A DNA stretch of 64,000 nucleotides from Synechococcus sp. UW140 (GCA_943368345.1 CALRKY020000011.1:14251-78250); one strand, 5' to 3'. Shown: positions 10,024 through 19,458, counted from the first letter of the stretch. Notes: generated from the letters alone by a model not told the origin. Made by a program: numbers and translations.

Positions 10024-11292
10024 TCAGCGCATTTCAAGGTGCCTTAGCTGCCGGGTTCCCAGGACCGCACCGATGTTCAGTAAAGCCAGCAACCCGATCA
10101 CGGTGCTGATCGGATTGCCCGCAGCAATCACGGCTGTCGTCCCCAGCGAGGCCAGAACCATGAATCCGGAATTCACGATATTGTTTGCTGCGATCACGCG
10201 CGCCCGTTCACTGGGGCAAGCGCCTTGCTGCAACATTGCATATAACGGCACGACAAAGACGCCGGCAGCGATCGATAAACCAAAGAGGTCCACAGCATAA
10301 CGCCAGGCTGCTGGGCTTGCCAAAAACGCTGCTGGACCAAGCAGGGGCGCCGATGACTGAGACGTGCCGGCGCTGATCACGCTGTACAAATCATAAAGGG
10401 ATAAGCTCATTGCAGCCGCGGCCCATGGTGCAAACCGGGCGGAAACCTGACCGCGCAACAGGCGATTTGCTGCCAATGACCCAATGGCAATGCCAACCGA
10501 AAATACGGTAAGGAACATCGTGGCGACCGCCTCACTGGCATGGAGGGCTTCCTTGACCAGTGGGACAAACAGGCTGGTCAGGACCGCGCCAACAGCCCAG
10601 AACCAGGAAATAAACATGATCGCGAGGGTTTGGCGTCTGTCCTGAAGTACCTCACGCAGCAGTCGCGCCGAGGCGCGTGCAATGTTCCAGTCAACCTGGG
10701 TGGCGGCTGTAGCAGAAGCAGGGGCGGGTGGTACCCGCATGCCGCTGATCAACCCAAGGCCGGCGACAATCAGCACGCCGACAGCCGCGGTCTGCTCCGA
10801 CACCAGCCCTGCGATGATCTGGCCGGCAAGAATTGCAACAAAGGTCCCCGCTTCGACCAATCCAGTGCCGCCCAGCAATTCAGTGTCCGCAAGATGCTGG
10901 GGCAGGATGGCATATTTCACCGGGCCGAAAAAAGTGGAATGGGCCCCCATCGCAAACAAGGCCGTTATCAGAACCGGCATCGATCCTGTCAGCAGCCCGA
11001 CCGCACCCACCAGCATGATCGCAATTTCCGCCATTTTGACGGCACGAACCACCCGAGCTTTGTCAATTGCATCCGAAATTTGACCGGCCACCGCCGAAAA
11101 CAGGAAAAACGGCAGGATGAAGACGCCACTGGCTATTGCCACCATCAACGTACCGGCTTTTGGGTCGTCCCCCATCAATCGATAGGTGATAAGGAACAGC
11201 ATGGCCGTCTTGTAGAGATTGTCGTTGAACGCACCCAGAAACTGCGTTGCAAACAATGGCCCGAACCGGCGGGTACCCAAAAGTCTTATCAT
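10024..11292 (-). CDS. lplT: MFS transporter, lysophospholipid transporter LplT-like
   Basis: MIRLLGTRRFGPLFATQFLGAFNDNLYK matches the LplT-type N-terminus, with about 12 hydrophobic spans. The start is taken at internal ATG 11292. Confidence 0.65.
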   Translation of the reverse strand: MIRLLGTRRFGPLFATQFLGAFNDNLYKTAMLFLITYRLMGDDPKAGTLMVAIASGVFILPFFLFSAVAGQISDAIDKARVVRAVKMAEIAIMLVGAVGLLTGSMPVLITALFAMGAHSTFFGPVKYAILPQHLADTELLGGTGLVEAGTFVAILAGQIIAGLVSEQTAAVGVLIVAGLGLISGMRVPPAPASATAATQVDWNIARASARLLREVLQDRRQTLAIMFISWFWAVGAVLTSLFVPLVKEALHASEAVATMFLTVFSVGIAIGSLAANRLLRGQVSARFAPWAAAAMSLSLYDLYSVISAGTSQSSAPLLGPAAFLASPAAWRYAVDLFGLSIAAGVFVVPLYAMLQQGACPSERARVIAANNIVNSGFMVLASLGTTAVIAAGNPISTVIGLLALLNIGAVLGTRQLRHLEMR

Positions 11293-11453
11293 CCAACCGT
11301 CGTTAGAGGTTTGTGACCCGTCCGCAAAGTCAACATGCGGCGAAATGCCCGCGTCACACGATGGGGGCGACCGCACAAGGCGTTGCACGCTCGCCAAAAT
11401 CTGCTATCCATCACATCAACTGATTCATCACTGGCAACCCAATAGGGGACTAT

Positions 11454-11867
11454 ATGCGCGCTCTGATCAAAATTCTCGCAGGGGCTGCCCTGCTCACCCA
11501 TGTGTCCATCGGCTTCGCTCAGGGTACTGTCGGCGGTACCGGCGGAGGTGCCGGCGGTACCGGCGGAGCTGCTGGCGGAGCTGCTGGCGGAGCTGCTGGT
11601 GGAGCTGCTGGGGGAGCTGTCGGCGGAGCAGCCGCCGGCGGGCTCGCCGGTGGTTTCGGATTGGGGACGCTTGGCTTGGTCGGGGTGGGTCTCGGGGTGG
11701 CAGGTGTTGTAGCCGGCGTTGTGGTTGCTGCAACAGGTGGTGAAACCCCACCTGACGCTGTTGTTCCACCTGTGACGCCACCAACCGTGACGGCCACGGC
11801 CACGGCCACGGCCACGGCCACGGCCACGACCACTGCGACCACGACGGCTACCTCCACGACGCGGTAA
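11454..11867 (+). CDS. Secreted low-complexity Gly/Ala- then Thr/Ala-rich protein, YjbE/GfcA-like
   Basis: AGGGGA RBS 5 nt before the ATG. Signal peptide MRALIKILAGAALLTHVSIGFA|QG, then (GGAA)n, a hydrophobic G/V/A block and a C-terminal (TA)n/T-rich tail. This is the same architecture as E. coli YjbE/GfcA. YjbF and YjbH genes follow. Confidence 0.6.
   Translation: MRALIKILAGAALLTHVSIGFAQGTVGGTGGGAGGTGGAAGGAAGGAAGGAAGGAVGGAAAGGLAGGFGLGTLGLVGVGLGVAGVVAGVVVAATGGETPPDAVVPPVTPPTVTATATATATATATTTATTTATSTTR
11565..11624 (+). repeat. Five tandem 12-bp units (GGAGCTGCTGGC, last unit degenerate) inside the YjbE-like CDS
   Basis: Read directly at 11565-76, 11577-88, 11589-600, 11601-12 and 11613-24. 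The units are in frame and encode the (GGAA) repeats. Confidence 0.9.
11790..11825 (+). repeat. Six perfect tandem 6-bp units (ACGGCC) inside the YjbE-like CDS
   Basis: Read directly. The units are in frame and encode (TA)6. Confidence 0.9.
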
Positions 11868-11888
11868 GCGGTCTGATATTTTGGATGA

Positions 11889-11921
11889 ATATGGGCCGTC
11901 GGTTCAACCGATGGTCCATAT
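11889..11921. terminator. Imperfect hairpin between convergent yjbE-like and yjbF genes
   Basis: atatgggccgtcgg-ttcaa-ccgatggtccatat, a 14-nt stem with two mismatches. It abuts the yjbF stop. There is no clear U-tract. Confidence 0.35.
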
Positions 11922-12589
11922 CATGGGGTGGCGAGTGAGGGCCTCAGCACTTCAATGTTAAACGGTCCGGCTGTCGGGATGACGGTCTGTTGGCTCTTCC
12001 AGCAAAATCCCGTGTCGTCGATCCAGTAGTGATTTGAGAACCGGTGTACCCCTTCCGCCGACACACGCTCGACGATTTTCCGGAGCCGGAGTTTGCGCCC
12101 GTAGATTTCGATATCGTCAACACCACCAATCGAAAAGCGCGACGTTTCTGTGGCAGTCACACGGCGGTCTGTACCGAAAGTCAAGGTCCGCTGTACCCTT
12201 TTGCCGACCATCAACCTCAGGTCCTTGGTCCAGCCGGCACCAAACTCAACGCCGACCAAATCAATTTCAATGCCGATAACGCGGGTGACAAATGGTCCCC
12301 ACGTCGCAATCAACTGTTTTCGCGACGCATACCAGACATGCGAACCATCAACTTCGATCTCGCCCAATATGAGCATGGCAGGTGTGGCCCCGGCAAACCC
12401 GGCGGCGATACTGGCATAGGGGATACTCGCAATGCGCTCCTGGGTGACCGGCGATTCCCCCGCCCTCCCGGCAATGCTGGCGCTGACGGTGCTCCAGAAG
12501 GCCGACCGGCCAAGGCCCGTGCTGCAGGAGGAAAGACCGAGTGCGGCAGCGGCCATGATGGCATGACGGCGCGTCAGATGTTTGATCAT
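11921..12589 (-). CDS. yjbF: YjbF/GfcB-family lipoprotein
   Basis: Lipobox (AALGLSS|C) after MIKHLTRRHAIMAAA. Conserved IPYASI and the C-terminal HYWIDDTGF..VIPTAGPFNIEVLRP resemble E. coli YjbF (FWVD..GVIPVEMTFLKPAP). Start taken at ATG 12589. Confidence 0.75.
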   Translation of the reverse strand: MIKHLTRRHAIMAAAALGLSSCSTGLGRSAFWSTVSASIAGRAGESPVTQERIASIPYASIAAGFAGATPAMLILGEIEVDGSHVWYASRKQLIATWGPFVTRVIGIEIDLVGVEFGAGWTKDLRLMVGKRVQRTLTFGTDRRVTATETSRFSIGGVDDIEIYGRKLRLRKIVERVSAEGVHRFSNHYWIDDTGFCWKSQQTVIPTAGPFNIEVLRPSLATP

Positions 12590-12709
12590 GCACCGGTTGA
12601 TAGCCCACTGGGGGCGATTCTGCACGTTGCTTCGGGTTGTACGGCTGGTAGGCACGCAAGATTTTTTCCGACTTGGCGACAGAGGTCGCGCCGATGGTCC
12701 GCCGTTGGG

Positions 12710-14884
12710 TTGCGCGGGTCGGTTATTGCGATGACAATGTTTGGCGCCTCAAATGCATGGGCCGCTGAGTACTGGGACCCATTTCCGGTGGTCCCCATCG
12801 CGAGTGATTTCGGTGGAGTTGGATTAATCCAGACACCGACCGCGCGTTTCGCCCCGGACGGCCAGCTGTCATTCACGGGCAATCGGGTTTCACCCTATGA
12901 ACGTTACGCAGTCACATTTCAGGCGATGCCCTGGCTCGAGACAACGCTCAGATACAGTTCGATCGGCAATCGCCTTTTTTCAGAAGTGCCGGAATTCAGC
13001 GGCGATCAGAGTGACAAGGATCGGGGTCTCGATTTCAAGTTGAAGTTGCTGGAAGAGACTACCTGGCGTCCTGCCGTCGTCGTCGGCGCACGGGATTTTC
13101 TGGGTACCGGGCTCTTTCAAGCGGAATATGTCGTAGCCAGCAAACAAATCGGCCCCTTGGATGTGTCATTCGGGATCGGCTGGGGGCTTCTGGGAACACG
13201 TGGGCATATTGCGAACCCGTTGGGGTTGCTATCCGACAGCTATCGTGACCGGGGCGGGTCGGTCGCGGGCGGTGGAACCTTGAATAATTATTACTTCAAG
13301 GGAGAACGTGTTTCGTTTTTCGGTGGCCTCCGATATGATACCCCGATTAAGGGGTTGACCGCATTGGTTGAGTATGACCCGAATGATTACCAGTCTGAGG
13401 CACGGAACAATCGGTTTCCAGTTCGCTCAGCGATCAACATCGGAGTAAGCTATCAGCTGCGGTCATGGCTCCAGCTTGGGGCAAGTCTCGAGCGTGGGAA
13501 TCGCGTTGGGTTGCGCTTTTCCATGTCCACCAACGTACACAACAAGCCCACTATTCCCAAGATTGACCCGCCGGCACCGCCGATGCGTCGCGACGGCGCT
13601 CCGGACCCGACTCCGGCAGCTGCGGCGTCCGAACCAGCCGTTCCAGTAGCCATGACCCCGACCAGCGCGCTGGGACTCGCACTGGAGAGGGCAATGGTCG
13701 ATCAGGGCGCTGTACTCTTTGCCGCTGACCTGGGTGGGACGGTTGCGACCGTGTATGTTGCCCAGACCCGGTTCGTGGATATGGCGCAGGGTCTCGGCCG
13801 CTTATCGCGGGCTGCCTTCACGGTTTTGCCGGTATCCTATGAAGCGCTTAATGTCGTGTTTGTCGAAGGCGGCATCCGAACGACGTCTGTCAAAATATAC
13901 CGACATCTGCTCGCCGAAGCTGTGAACCCGGGAGCGGGGTCGGGTGAAGTGCTCTGGAAAAAGATCGAATTCGCACCGCCACCGCCGATGCCGGACGAAG
14001 ATGAAATCAGTTACCGTGGCTCCGTCCTGACATCACCACCGAGACTATTCTGGGGGGTTAACCCCGGCCTCCGCAATACTTTGGGCCGGCCTGAGCAGTT
14101 CATTCTCTATCAGGCGTTCGTCCGGGTCGCCGGCAGCTTGGAGGTAAAACCGGGGCTCTCGGTCTCAGGCAGTGTCACGTTAAACCTGTCCGACAATTTC
14201 AACCAGTTGCGTATTCGCTCGGACAGTCAGCTCCAACACGTCCGGTCAGATATTGATCAATATCTGAAGGAGGGCCGCACTGCGATCGCCAACCTTCAAG
14301 CCGACTATAGTTTCAATATCACGCCGTCGCTGTTCGGCCATGTCTATGGCGGGCTGCTTGAGGAAATGTTCGGTGGGGTTGGCGGCGAAGTGCTTTGGCG
14401 ACCCTATGATGCGAAATGGACAGTGGGTGCGGAGTTGGCGTGGGTCAAGCAACGCAGTTTCAAAGGGCGTTTCGGTTTCCAGAATTACAGCACCCTGACC
14501 GGGTTCGTCACCGGCTCTTACCGGTTTTCCGGTCCTGAGATTACCGCGAGTGTGCGCCTTGGCCGCTATCTAGCCAAGGACATGGGGGGGACGTTTCAGC
14601 TCAGCCGTCGGTTCCGCTCAGGCGCGACTGTTGGGGCTTTCGCAACCTTCACCGACGTCAGCGCTGCTGAGTTCGGTGAAGGCCGGTTCGACAAGGGCAT
14701 TTTTATTACGATCCCTCTCGACCTGGTGTTCAACCGGCACGTCCGCAGTGGCGTCGGCGTGGCCTGGCATCCGCTGATTCGTGACGGCGGACAACAGCTG
14801 GTCGTTCGCAAGCCCCTGTTCGCCGTCACCGATTCAACCACTTATGATAGTTTCCAACGCGACTGGCCCCACATCGGTGATTGA
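12710..14884 (+). CDS. yjbH: YjbH-domain outer-membrane exopolysaccharide protein
   Basis: The mature N-terminus ..NAWA|AEYWDPFPVVPIASDFGGVGLIQTPTARF..VSPYERYAVTFQAMPWLE is YjbH-like, and the length is about 720 aa. The start could be TTG 12710 or ATG 12731. The track ORF from 12044 is an antisense run-on over yjbF. Confidence 0.75.
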   Translation: MRGSVIAMTMFGASNAWAAEYWDPFPVVPIASDFGGVGLIQTPTARFAPDGQLSFTGNRVSPYERYAVTFQAMPWLETTLRYSSIGNRLFSEVPEFSGDQSDKDRGLDFKLKLLEETTWRPAVVVGARDFLGTGLFQAEYVVASKQIGPLDVSFGIGWGLLGTRGHIANPLGLLSDSYRDRGGSVAGGGTLNNYYFKGERVSFFGGLRYDTPIKGLTALVEYDPNDYQSEARNNRFPVRSAINIGVSYQLRSWLQLGASLERGNRVGLRFSMSTNVHNKPTIPKIDPPAPPMRRDGAPDPTPAAAASEPAVPVAMTPTSALGLALERAMVDQGAVLFAADLGGTVATVYVAQTRFVDMAQGLGRLSRAAFTVLPVSYEALNVVFVEGGIRTTSVKIYRHLLAEAVNPGAGSGEVLWKKIEFAPPPPMPDEDEISYRGSVLTSPPRLFWGVNPGLRNTLGRPEQFILYQAFVRVAGSLEVKPGLSVSGSVTLNLSDNFNQLRIRSDSQLQHVRSDIDQYLKEGRTAIANLQADYSFNITPSLFGHVYGGLLEEMFGGVGGEVLWRPYDAKWTVGAELAWVKQRSFKGRFGFQNYSTLTGFVTGSYRFSGPEITASVRLGRYLAKDMGGTFQLSRRFRSGATVGAFATFTDVSAAEFGEGRFDKGIFITIPLDLVFNRHVRSGVGVAWHPLIRDGGQQLVVRKPLFAVTDSTTYDSFQRDWPHIGD

Positions 14885-16474
14885 TCACCGCCGCGGCGCG
14901 AAATTCGCGTCATAGGCTTCGTTGGTCAGGAACAGCGACAATTCCGCGTCGAGCACCAGGTCGGTGAAGATCGCGGCGGCATCGGCATAGCGGCCGGACT
15001 CGAAGAAATTGTCGCCAACGGCCGCTTTCCACACCGCCAGCTGCTCCTCGATGGCTTTGTACAGCAGGTCGGCATCGACCAGCTCGCCGCTGTCCAGCCG
15101 CTGACCGGTGTTGCGCCACTGCCAAAGCTGGGTGCGGCTGATTTCTGCCGTGGCCGCATCCTCCATCATATTGTGCAGCGGCACCGCCCCCTGTCCGCGC
15201 AGCCAGGCCGCGATATAGCCGATGCCGACATTGACATTCATGTCGAGCCCGGCGCGCGTCTTCGGACCCGGCGCGGGCGTGCTGAGTGCCGCCGCATCGG
15301 CCTCGCCAGCCGGAATTTTGTCCAGCTGGTTCGGGCCGGGCATGATCCGGTCGAACACCTCCATTGCCACCCCGATCAGGCCGGGATGCGCCACCCAGGT
15401 GCCGTCATGGCCAAGCTTTGCCTCCCGCTCCTTGTCGGCGCGCACGGCGGCAAAGGCCTTGTCATTGGCGGCATCATCATTCTTCACCGGAATGAAGGCC
15501 GACATGCCGCCCATCGCATGGGCGCCGCGCCGGTGGCAGGTCCGCACGATATGCGCGGCATAGTCCGCCATGAACGGCACCGTCATGTTCACCGATGCCC
15601 GGTCGGGCAGCACCTTGTCCGGATTGTTGCGATAGGTTTTGATGAAGCTGAAAATATAGTCCCAGCGCCCGCAGTTCAGCGCGACGATATGGTCGCGCAG
15701 CTCAAACAGGATTTCATCGGCCTGATAGGCGGCAGGCAGCGTCTCGATCAGCACGGTTGCCTTGATGGTGCCGAGCGGCAGATCGAGCATCGACTGGGCA
15801 TTGATGAACACCTGATTCCACATCCGGGCTTCGAGATAATGTTCGAGCTTTGGCAGATAGAAATAGGGACCGGACCCTTTGGCCAGCAGCGCCCGGGCGT
15901 TCCAGAAGAAATACAGCCCGAAATCGAACAGCGCCCCGGCGATCCGCTCGCCATCGATCAGGATGTGCGATTCCGGCAGATGCCAACCGCGCGGGCGGGC
16001 GAGCAGCACCGCCGTCTTCTCGTTCAACTTATAGGTCTTACCCTTTTCCTCCAGACTGATCGTCCCAGCGACGGCGTCGCGCAGGTTGATCTGCCCCTCC
16101 ATCATATTGTCCCAACTCGGGGCGGTCGCATCCTCAAAACAGGCCATGTAACATTTGGCCCCGGAATTCAGCGCGTTGATCACCATCTTGCGGTCAACCG
16201 GCCCGGTAATCTCCACCCGCCGGTCCTGCAGGTCGGCCGGCGTCCCGCTGATCTTCCAACTGCCTTTGCGGACCGCATGGGTCTCCAGCGGGAAATCGAG
16301 GCCGTTTCCGGCATCAAACCACGGGCGCAGGTTGGACCGGGCCTGCATCAGCGCGCGGCGCGTCGGTTCGGCCCAGCGGTGCAGCGTCGCCAGAAACGCC
16401 AGTGCGTCGTCGGTCAGCAGGCTTTCATAGCCGGGCTTCATCGTGCCGAGAATTTGAACGCCGTCGACGGCCAT
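14885..16474 (-). CDS. aceB: Malate synthase A
   Basis: 529 aa, with GPYFYLPKLEHYLEARMWNQVF and other AceB-like blocks. Its stop abuts the yjbH stop (TGA/TCA, zero spacer). Confidence 0.92.
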   Translation of the reverse strand: MAVDGVQILGTMKPGYESLLTDDALAFLATLHRWAEPTRRALMQARSNLRPWFDAGNGLDFPLETHAVRKGSWKISGTPADLQDRRVEITGPVDRKMVINALNSGAKCYMACFEDATAPSWDNMMEGQINLRDAVAGTISLEEKGKTYKLNEKTAVLLARPRGWHLPESHILIDGERIAGALFDFGLYFFWNARALLAKGSGPYFYLPKLEHYLEARMWNQVFINAQSMLDLPLGTIKATVLIETLPAAYQADEILFELRDHIVALNCGRWDYIFSFIKTYRNNPDKVLPDRASVNMTVPFMADYAAHIVRTCHRRGAHAMGGMSAFIPVKNDDAANDKAFAAVRADKEREAKLGHDGTWVAHPGLIGVAMEVFDRIMPGPNQLDKIPAGEADAAALSTPAPGPKTRAGLDMNVNVGIGYIAAWLRGQGAVPLHNMMEDAATAEISRTQLWQWRNTGQRLDSGELVDADLLYKAIEEQLAVWKAAVGDNFFESGRYADAAAIFTDLVLDAELSLFLTNEAYDANFAPRR

Positions 16475-16483
16475 GGGACTCTC

Positions 16484-17899
16484 CTAATCTTGGGTGAAAC
16501 GAAATGGGTTGATGCCGCGGGAGCGTTCGTCAACGACGAGGCGTCGGCTGGCCGGCGGCGCGGACCGCTGCCGACAATCGGCGCGTTCGCACAAATGGCA
16601 GGCAAGGCCAACCGGCGTCGCATTGGGCGCATCCAGATCGAGGCCCCGCGCATAGGTCAGGCTATGGCCGTGCGCCAGTTCGCACCCCAGCGCGATGGCA
16701 TAGTCTGGCCGGATCGCCCCAAAGGGCGTCGCATAGGTCCTGACGGTACGCGACATGGTCAGCCAGCGTGCCATATCCTCGGTTTCGATCACCTGGGTCA
16801 GGATCGCGCCCGGCCGGTCAAAGGCGGCATGCAGCGACCACAGCGGGCAATTGCCGCCAATCCGCGCCAACGGTGACCGCCCGGCGGCGAAGCGCTTGGA
16901 AATCTGCCCGGCCCGGTCGGTGCGGATCAGGAAAAACGGCACCCCGCGCGCGCCGGGACGTTGCAAGGTGGTCAGCCGGTGTGCCACCTGCTCGAACCCC
17001 GCCCCAAAGCGTGCCTGCAACAGCTCCAGATCATAGCCGAGTGTTTCCGCCGCCGCATGGAACCGGCCATAGGGCATCATCAGCGCTGCGGCGAAGTAAC
17101 TGGCGAGCGTCTGGATCAGCAGCCGTTCCGCTGCCTTGTCGGTCAGTCCGGCTGTCTGCACCGCTGCATCAATCTCCGCCTTCGCCTCGACCAAGGCGAG
17201 CTGATAGCTCGCCTGAAAGGTCCGCGACGCTGAATCGAGCAGTTCGGACAATTGCAGCTGCTGTCCGTGATAATCGAGCCGCCTGAGGCTCGTCGGCAGA
17301 ACGTCTGCGGGCAGCACACGAACGGTCAGCCCGTGCCGCGTCCGCAACCGGGCCGCGACTGCGGAATACAGATCGCCAGCCGTCAGCCGCAGTTCGTCGG
17401 CCAGCATCTCGGCCTTGGCATCGATGTCGGGGAAGTGATTGTGCCGTTCGTGGACAAAATCCCGCACCACCTCCAGCGGACCCCGGCCCTGATCAACCGG
17501 GGACCGGTCCTCGCGCGCCGCACCGCGCTCATTCCAGGCATTGTGCAGCCGCAGGAACGCCTGCGCGATCGCCGGAGCCTGGGCGACGAAATCATGCAGT
17601 TCAGCCCGCGACACCTCGATGCCGCTCAGCAGCGGATCACCAAGCGCCGCCCGCACCTCCTCCGACGCCCGGTCAACATCATCGCCAGTCAGCATGCGGA
17701 GGTCGGTGTTATAGACCTGCGCCAACCGCAGCAGCACCGCAGCTGTCAGCGGGCGCTGATTACGCTCGATCAGGTTCAGATAGCTGACCGATACACCCAG
17801 ATCATCGGCCATGCGGGTTTGTGTCAGCCCAAGCTGAAGCCTGAGCCGCCTGAGGCGCGGTCCGGCATAAAGTTTACGGTCAAGGGCGAGGGTGGTCAT
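16484..17899 (-). CDS. XRE-HTH / ImmA-IrrE-type metallopeptidase-domain transcriptional regulator (RamB/ScfR-like short-chain acyl-CoA regulator)
   Basis: N-terminal HTH LRRLRLQLGLTQTRMADDLGVSVSYLNLIERNQRPLT, about 470 aa. It is positioned directly upstream of aceB and divergent from aceA. Confidence 0.75.
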   Translation of the reverse strand: MTTLALDRKLYAGPRLRRLRLQLGLTQTRMADDLGVSVSYLNLIERNQRPLTAAVLLRLAQVYNTDLRMLTGDDVDRASEEVRAALGDPLLSGIEVSRAELHDFVAQAPAIAQAFLRLHNAWNERGAAREDRSPVDQGRGPLEVVRDFVHERHNHFPDIDAKAEMLADELRLTAGDLYSAVAARLRTRHGLTVRVLPADVLPTSLRRLDYHGQQLQLSELLDSASRTFQASYQLALVEAKAEIDAAVQTAGLTDKAAERLLIQTLASYFAAALMMPYGRFHAAAETLGYDLELLQARFGAGFEQVAHRLTTLQRPGARGVPFFLIRTDRAGQISKRFAAGRSPLARIGGNCPLWSLHAAFDRPGAILTQVIETEDMARWLTMSRTVRTYATPFGAIRPDYAIALGCELAHGHSLTYARGLDLDAPNATPVGLACHLCERADCRQRSAPPASRRLVVDERSRGINPFRFTQD

Positions 17900-17908
17900 T
17901 TGTGCGTG

Positions 17909-17932
17909 TTTTTACAAAATGACAATCTGTCA
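17909..17932. promoter_or_regulatory. TTTTTACAAAA box plus perfect palindrome TGACAatcTGTCA next to the regulator start
   Basis: Read directly at 17909-17919 and 17920-17932, 10-33 nt upstream of the regulator ATG (17899). Confidence 0.4.
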
Positions 17933-18087
17933 AAGAAAATTCCGGACATGTGAACACGTTTGTATGTGCTCGCTGCTTGACGCGGGCCTAGCTTATCCAC
18001 CATGGCAGCGCAACGCCTGATTTGCAGGGCAGGATTTGCGGCCTTGGGGAGGATCGCAACCGTCGGCAGGTCAGGCGTTTTAGCCTG

Positions 18088-18097
18088 TTTTGTAAAA
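18088..18097. promoter_or_regulatory. TTTTGTAAAA box, the reverse complement of the 17910-17919 box, upstream of aceA
   Basis: Read directly. It lies 47 nt upstream of the aceA ATG. Confidence 0.35.
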
Positions 18098-18143
18098 GTC
18101 CAGTCGAAGCTGCAATCGCACAACTGGCCCACGGAGACGGAAT

Positions 18144-19427
18144 ATGACGAGTTTTGAGCAACTGATCCCCAGCGCCCCCGCCGGACGTTTTGCCGGAATC
18201 GAGCGGCCCTATACGCCTGCCGATGTCGAACGGCTGCGCGGCTCCGTCGTCATTGAACAGACGCTCGCCACCCGCGGTGCCAATCGCCTGTGGGACTTGC
18301 TGAAGACCGAGCCTTATGTGAACTCGCTCGGCGCCATCACCGGTAACCAGGCGATGCAGCAGGTCCGCGCCGGCCTGAAGGCGATTTACCTGTCCGGCTG
18401 GCAGGTCGCCGCCGACAACAACACCGCAGGGGCAATGTACCCGGACCAGTCGCTCTATCCAGCGAACGCCGGGCCGGAGCTGGCCAAGCGCATCAACCGC
18501 GCCCTGCAGCGCGCCGACCAGATCGAGCATAGCGAAGGCGGAGCCAAGCGCGACTGGTTCGCCCCGATCGTCGCCGATGCCGAAGCCGGGTTCGGCGGGC
18601 CGCTCAACTGTTTTGAGATCATGAAGGCCTATATCGAGGCTGGCGCGGCCGGCGTGCACTATGAGGACCAACTCGCGTCTGAAAAGAAATGCGGTCACCT
18701 CGGCGGCAAGGTGCTGATCCCGACCCAGGCACATATCCGCAACCTTGATGCCGCCCGCCTCGCCGCCGACGTCATGGGTGTGCCGACCGTCATCTGTGCC
18801 CGCACCGACGCGGAGTCGGCGATGCTGATGACCAGCGACGTTGATGAGCGCGACCATGAATTCCTGACCGGCGAACGGACACCCGAAGGCTTTTTCCGCC
18901 TGAAACCCGGCACCGGCGTCGACCATTGCATCAAGCGCGGCCTTGCCTTCGCCAGCCATGCCGATCTGCTGTGGTGGGAAACCAGCCACCCCAATCTCGA
19001 TGATGCCAAGCGCTTTGCCGAAGCGATCAAGAAGGAGCATCCGGAGAAGATGCTCGCCTACAACTGCTCGCCGTCGTTCAACTGGGAAAAGAATCTCGAC
19101 AAGGACACCATCGCCAAGTTCCAGCGCGAAATCGGCGCGATGGGCTACAAGTTCCAGTTCGTGACGCTGGCCGGCTTCCACAGCCTCAACCACGGCATGT
19201 ATGAACTGGCACGCGGCTACAAGGATCGCGGCATGGCCGCCTATTCGGAGCTGCAGCAGGCTGAATTCGCCAGTGAAGCCAATGGCTACACCGCCACCCG
19301 CCATCAGCGCGAAGTCGGCACCGGCTATTTCGACGAAATCGCCCAGGCGATCAGCGGAGGCCAGTCCTCAACCACCGCGCTGGGCGAATCCACCGAAGCC
19401 GCCCAATTCAAACAGGCGGCCGAATAG
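18144..19427 (+). CDS. aceA: Isocitrate lyase
   Basis: 427 aa with the ICL signature [17 protein letters not shown] upstream. Confidence 0.95.
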   Translation: MTSFEQLIPSAPAGRFAGIERPYTPADVERLRGSVVIEQTLATRGANRLWDLLKTEPYVNSLGAITGNQAMQQVRAGLKAIYLSGWQVAADNNTAGAMYPDQSLYPANAGPELAKRINRALQRADQIEHSEGGAKRDWFAPIVADAEAGFGGPLNCFEIMKAYIEAGAAGVHYEDQLASEKKCGHLGGKVLIPTQAHIRNLDAARLAADVMGVPTVICARTDAESAMLMTSDVDERDHEFLTGERTPEGFFRLKPGTGVDHCIKRGLAFASHADLLWWETSHPNLDDAKRFAEAIKKEHPEKMLAYNCSPSFNWEKNLDKDTIAKFQREIGAMGYKFQFVTLAGFHSLNHGMYELARGYKDRGMAAYSELQQAEFASEANGYTATRHQREVGTGYFDEIAQAISGGQSSTTALGESTEAAQFKQAAE

Positions 19428-19458
19428 GCCCGCCCAACGATCTCCGGGGAGGAGGGAC

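Noticed and set aside
11531-11831. Dense short tandem repeats that might be mistaken for a CRISPR-like or minisatellite array
   Set aside because: The units are only 6-21 bp with no spacers. They are in frame inside an ORF that has an RBS and a signal peptide, so I report them as coding repeats.
12044-12709. N-terminal 220 codons of the 946-aa track ORF upstream of yjbH
   Set aside because: This part is antisense to the well-supported yjbF lipoprotein gene and has no signal peptide. The YjbH-like sequence and its signal peptide begin only at about 12710-12731.
14879-14890. yjbH and aceB stop codons abut as the palindrome TGATCA, with no intergenic spacer or terminator
   Set aside because: This is a real observation, but tail-to-tail abutting genes are common in compact genomes, and nothing further can be inferred from the sequence.
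15173-16876. 567-aa plus-strand ORF spanning aceB and the regulator gene
   Set aside because: It lies antisense to two ORFs with clear family motifs. Its translation is Arg/Gly/Pro/His-rich with no recognisable domain. This is a typical high-GC shadow ORF.
17988-19304. 438-aa minus-strand ORF opposite aceA
   Set aside because: It is antisense to an unmistakable isocitrate lyase (KKCGHLGGK). Its composition is low-information (G/A/R/L-rich), so it is a shadow ORF.
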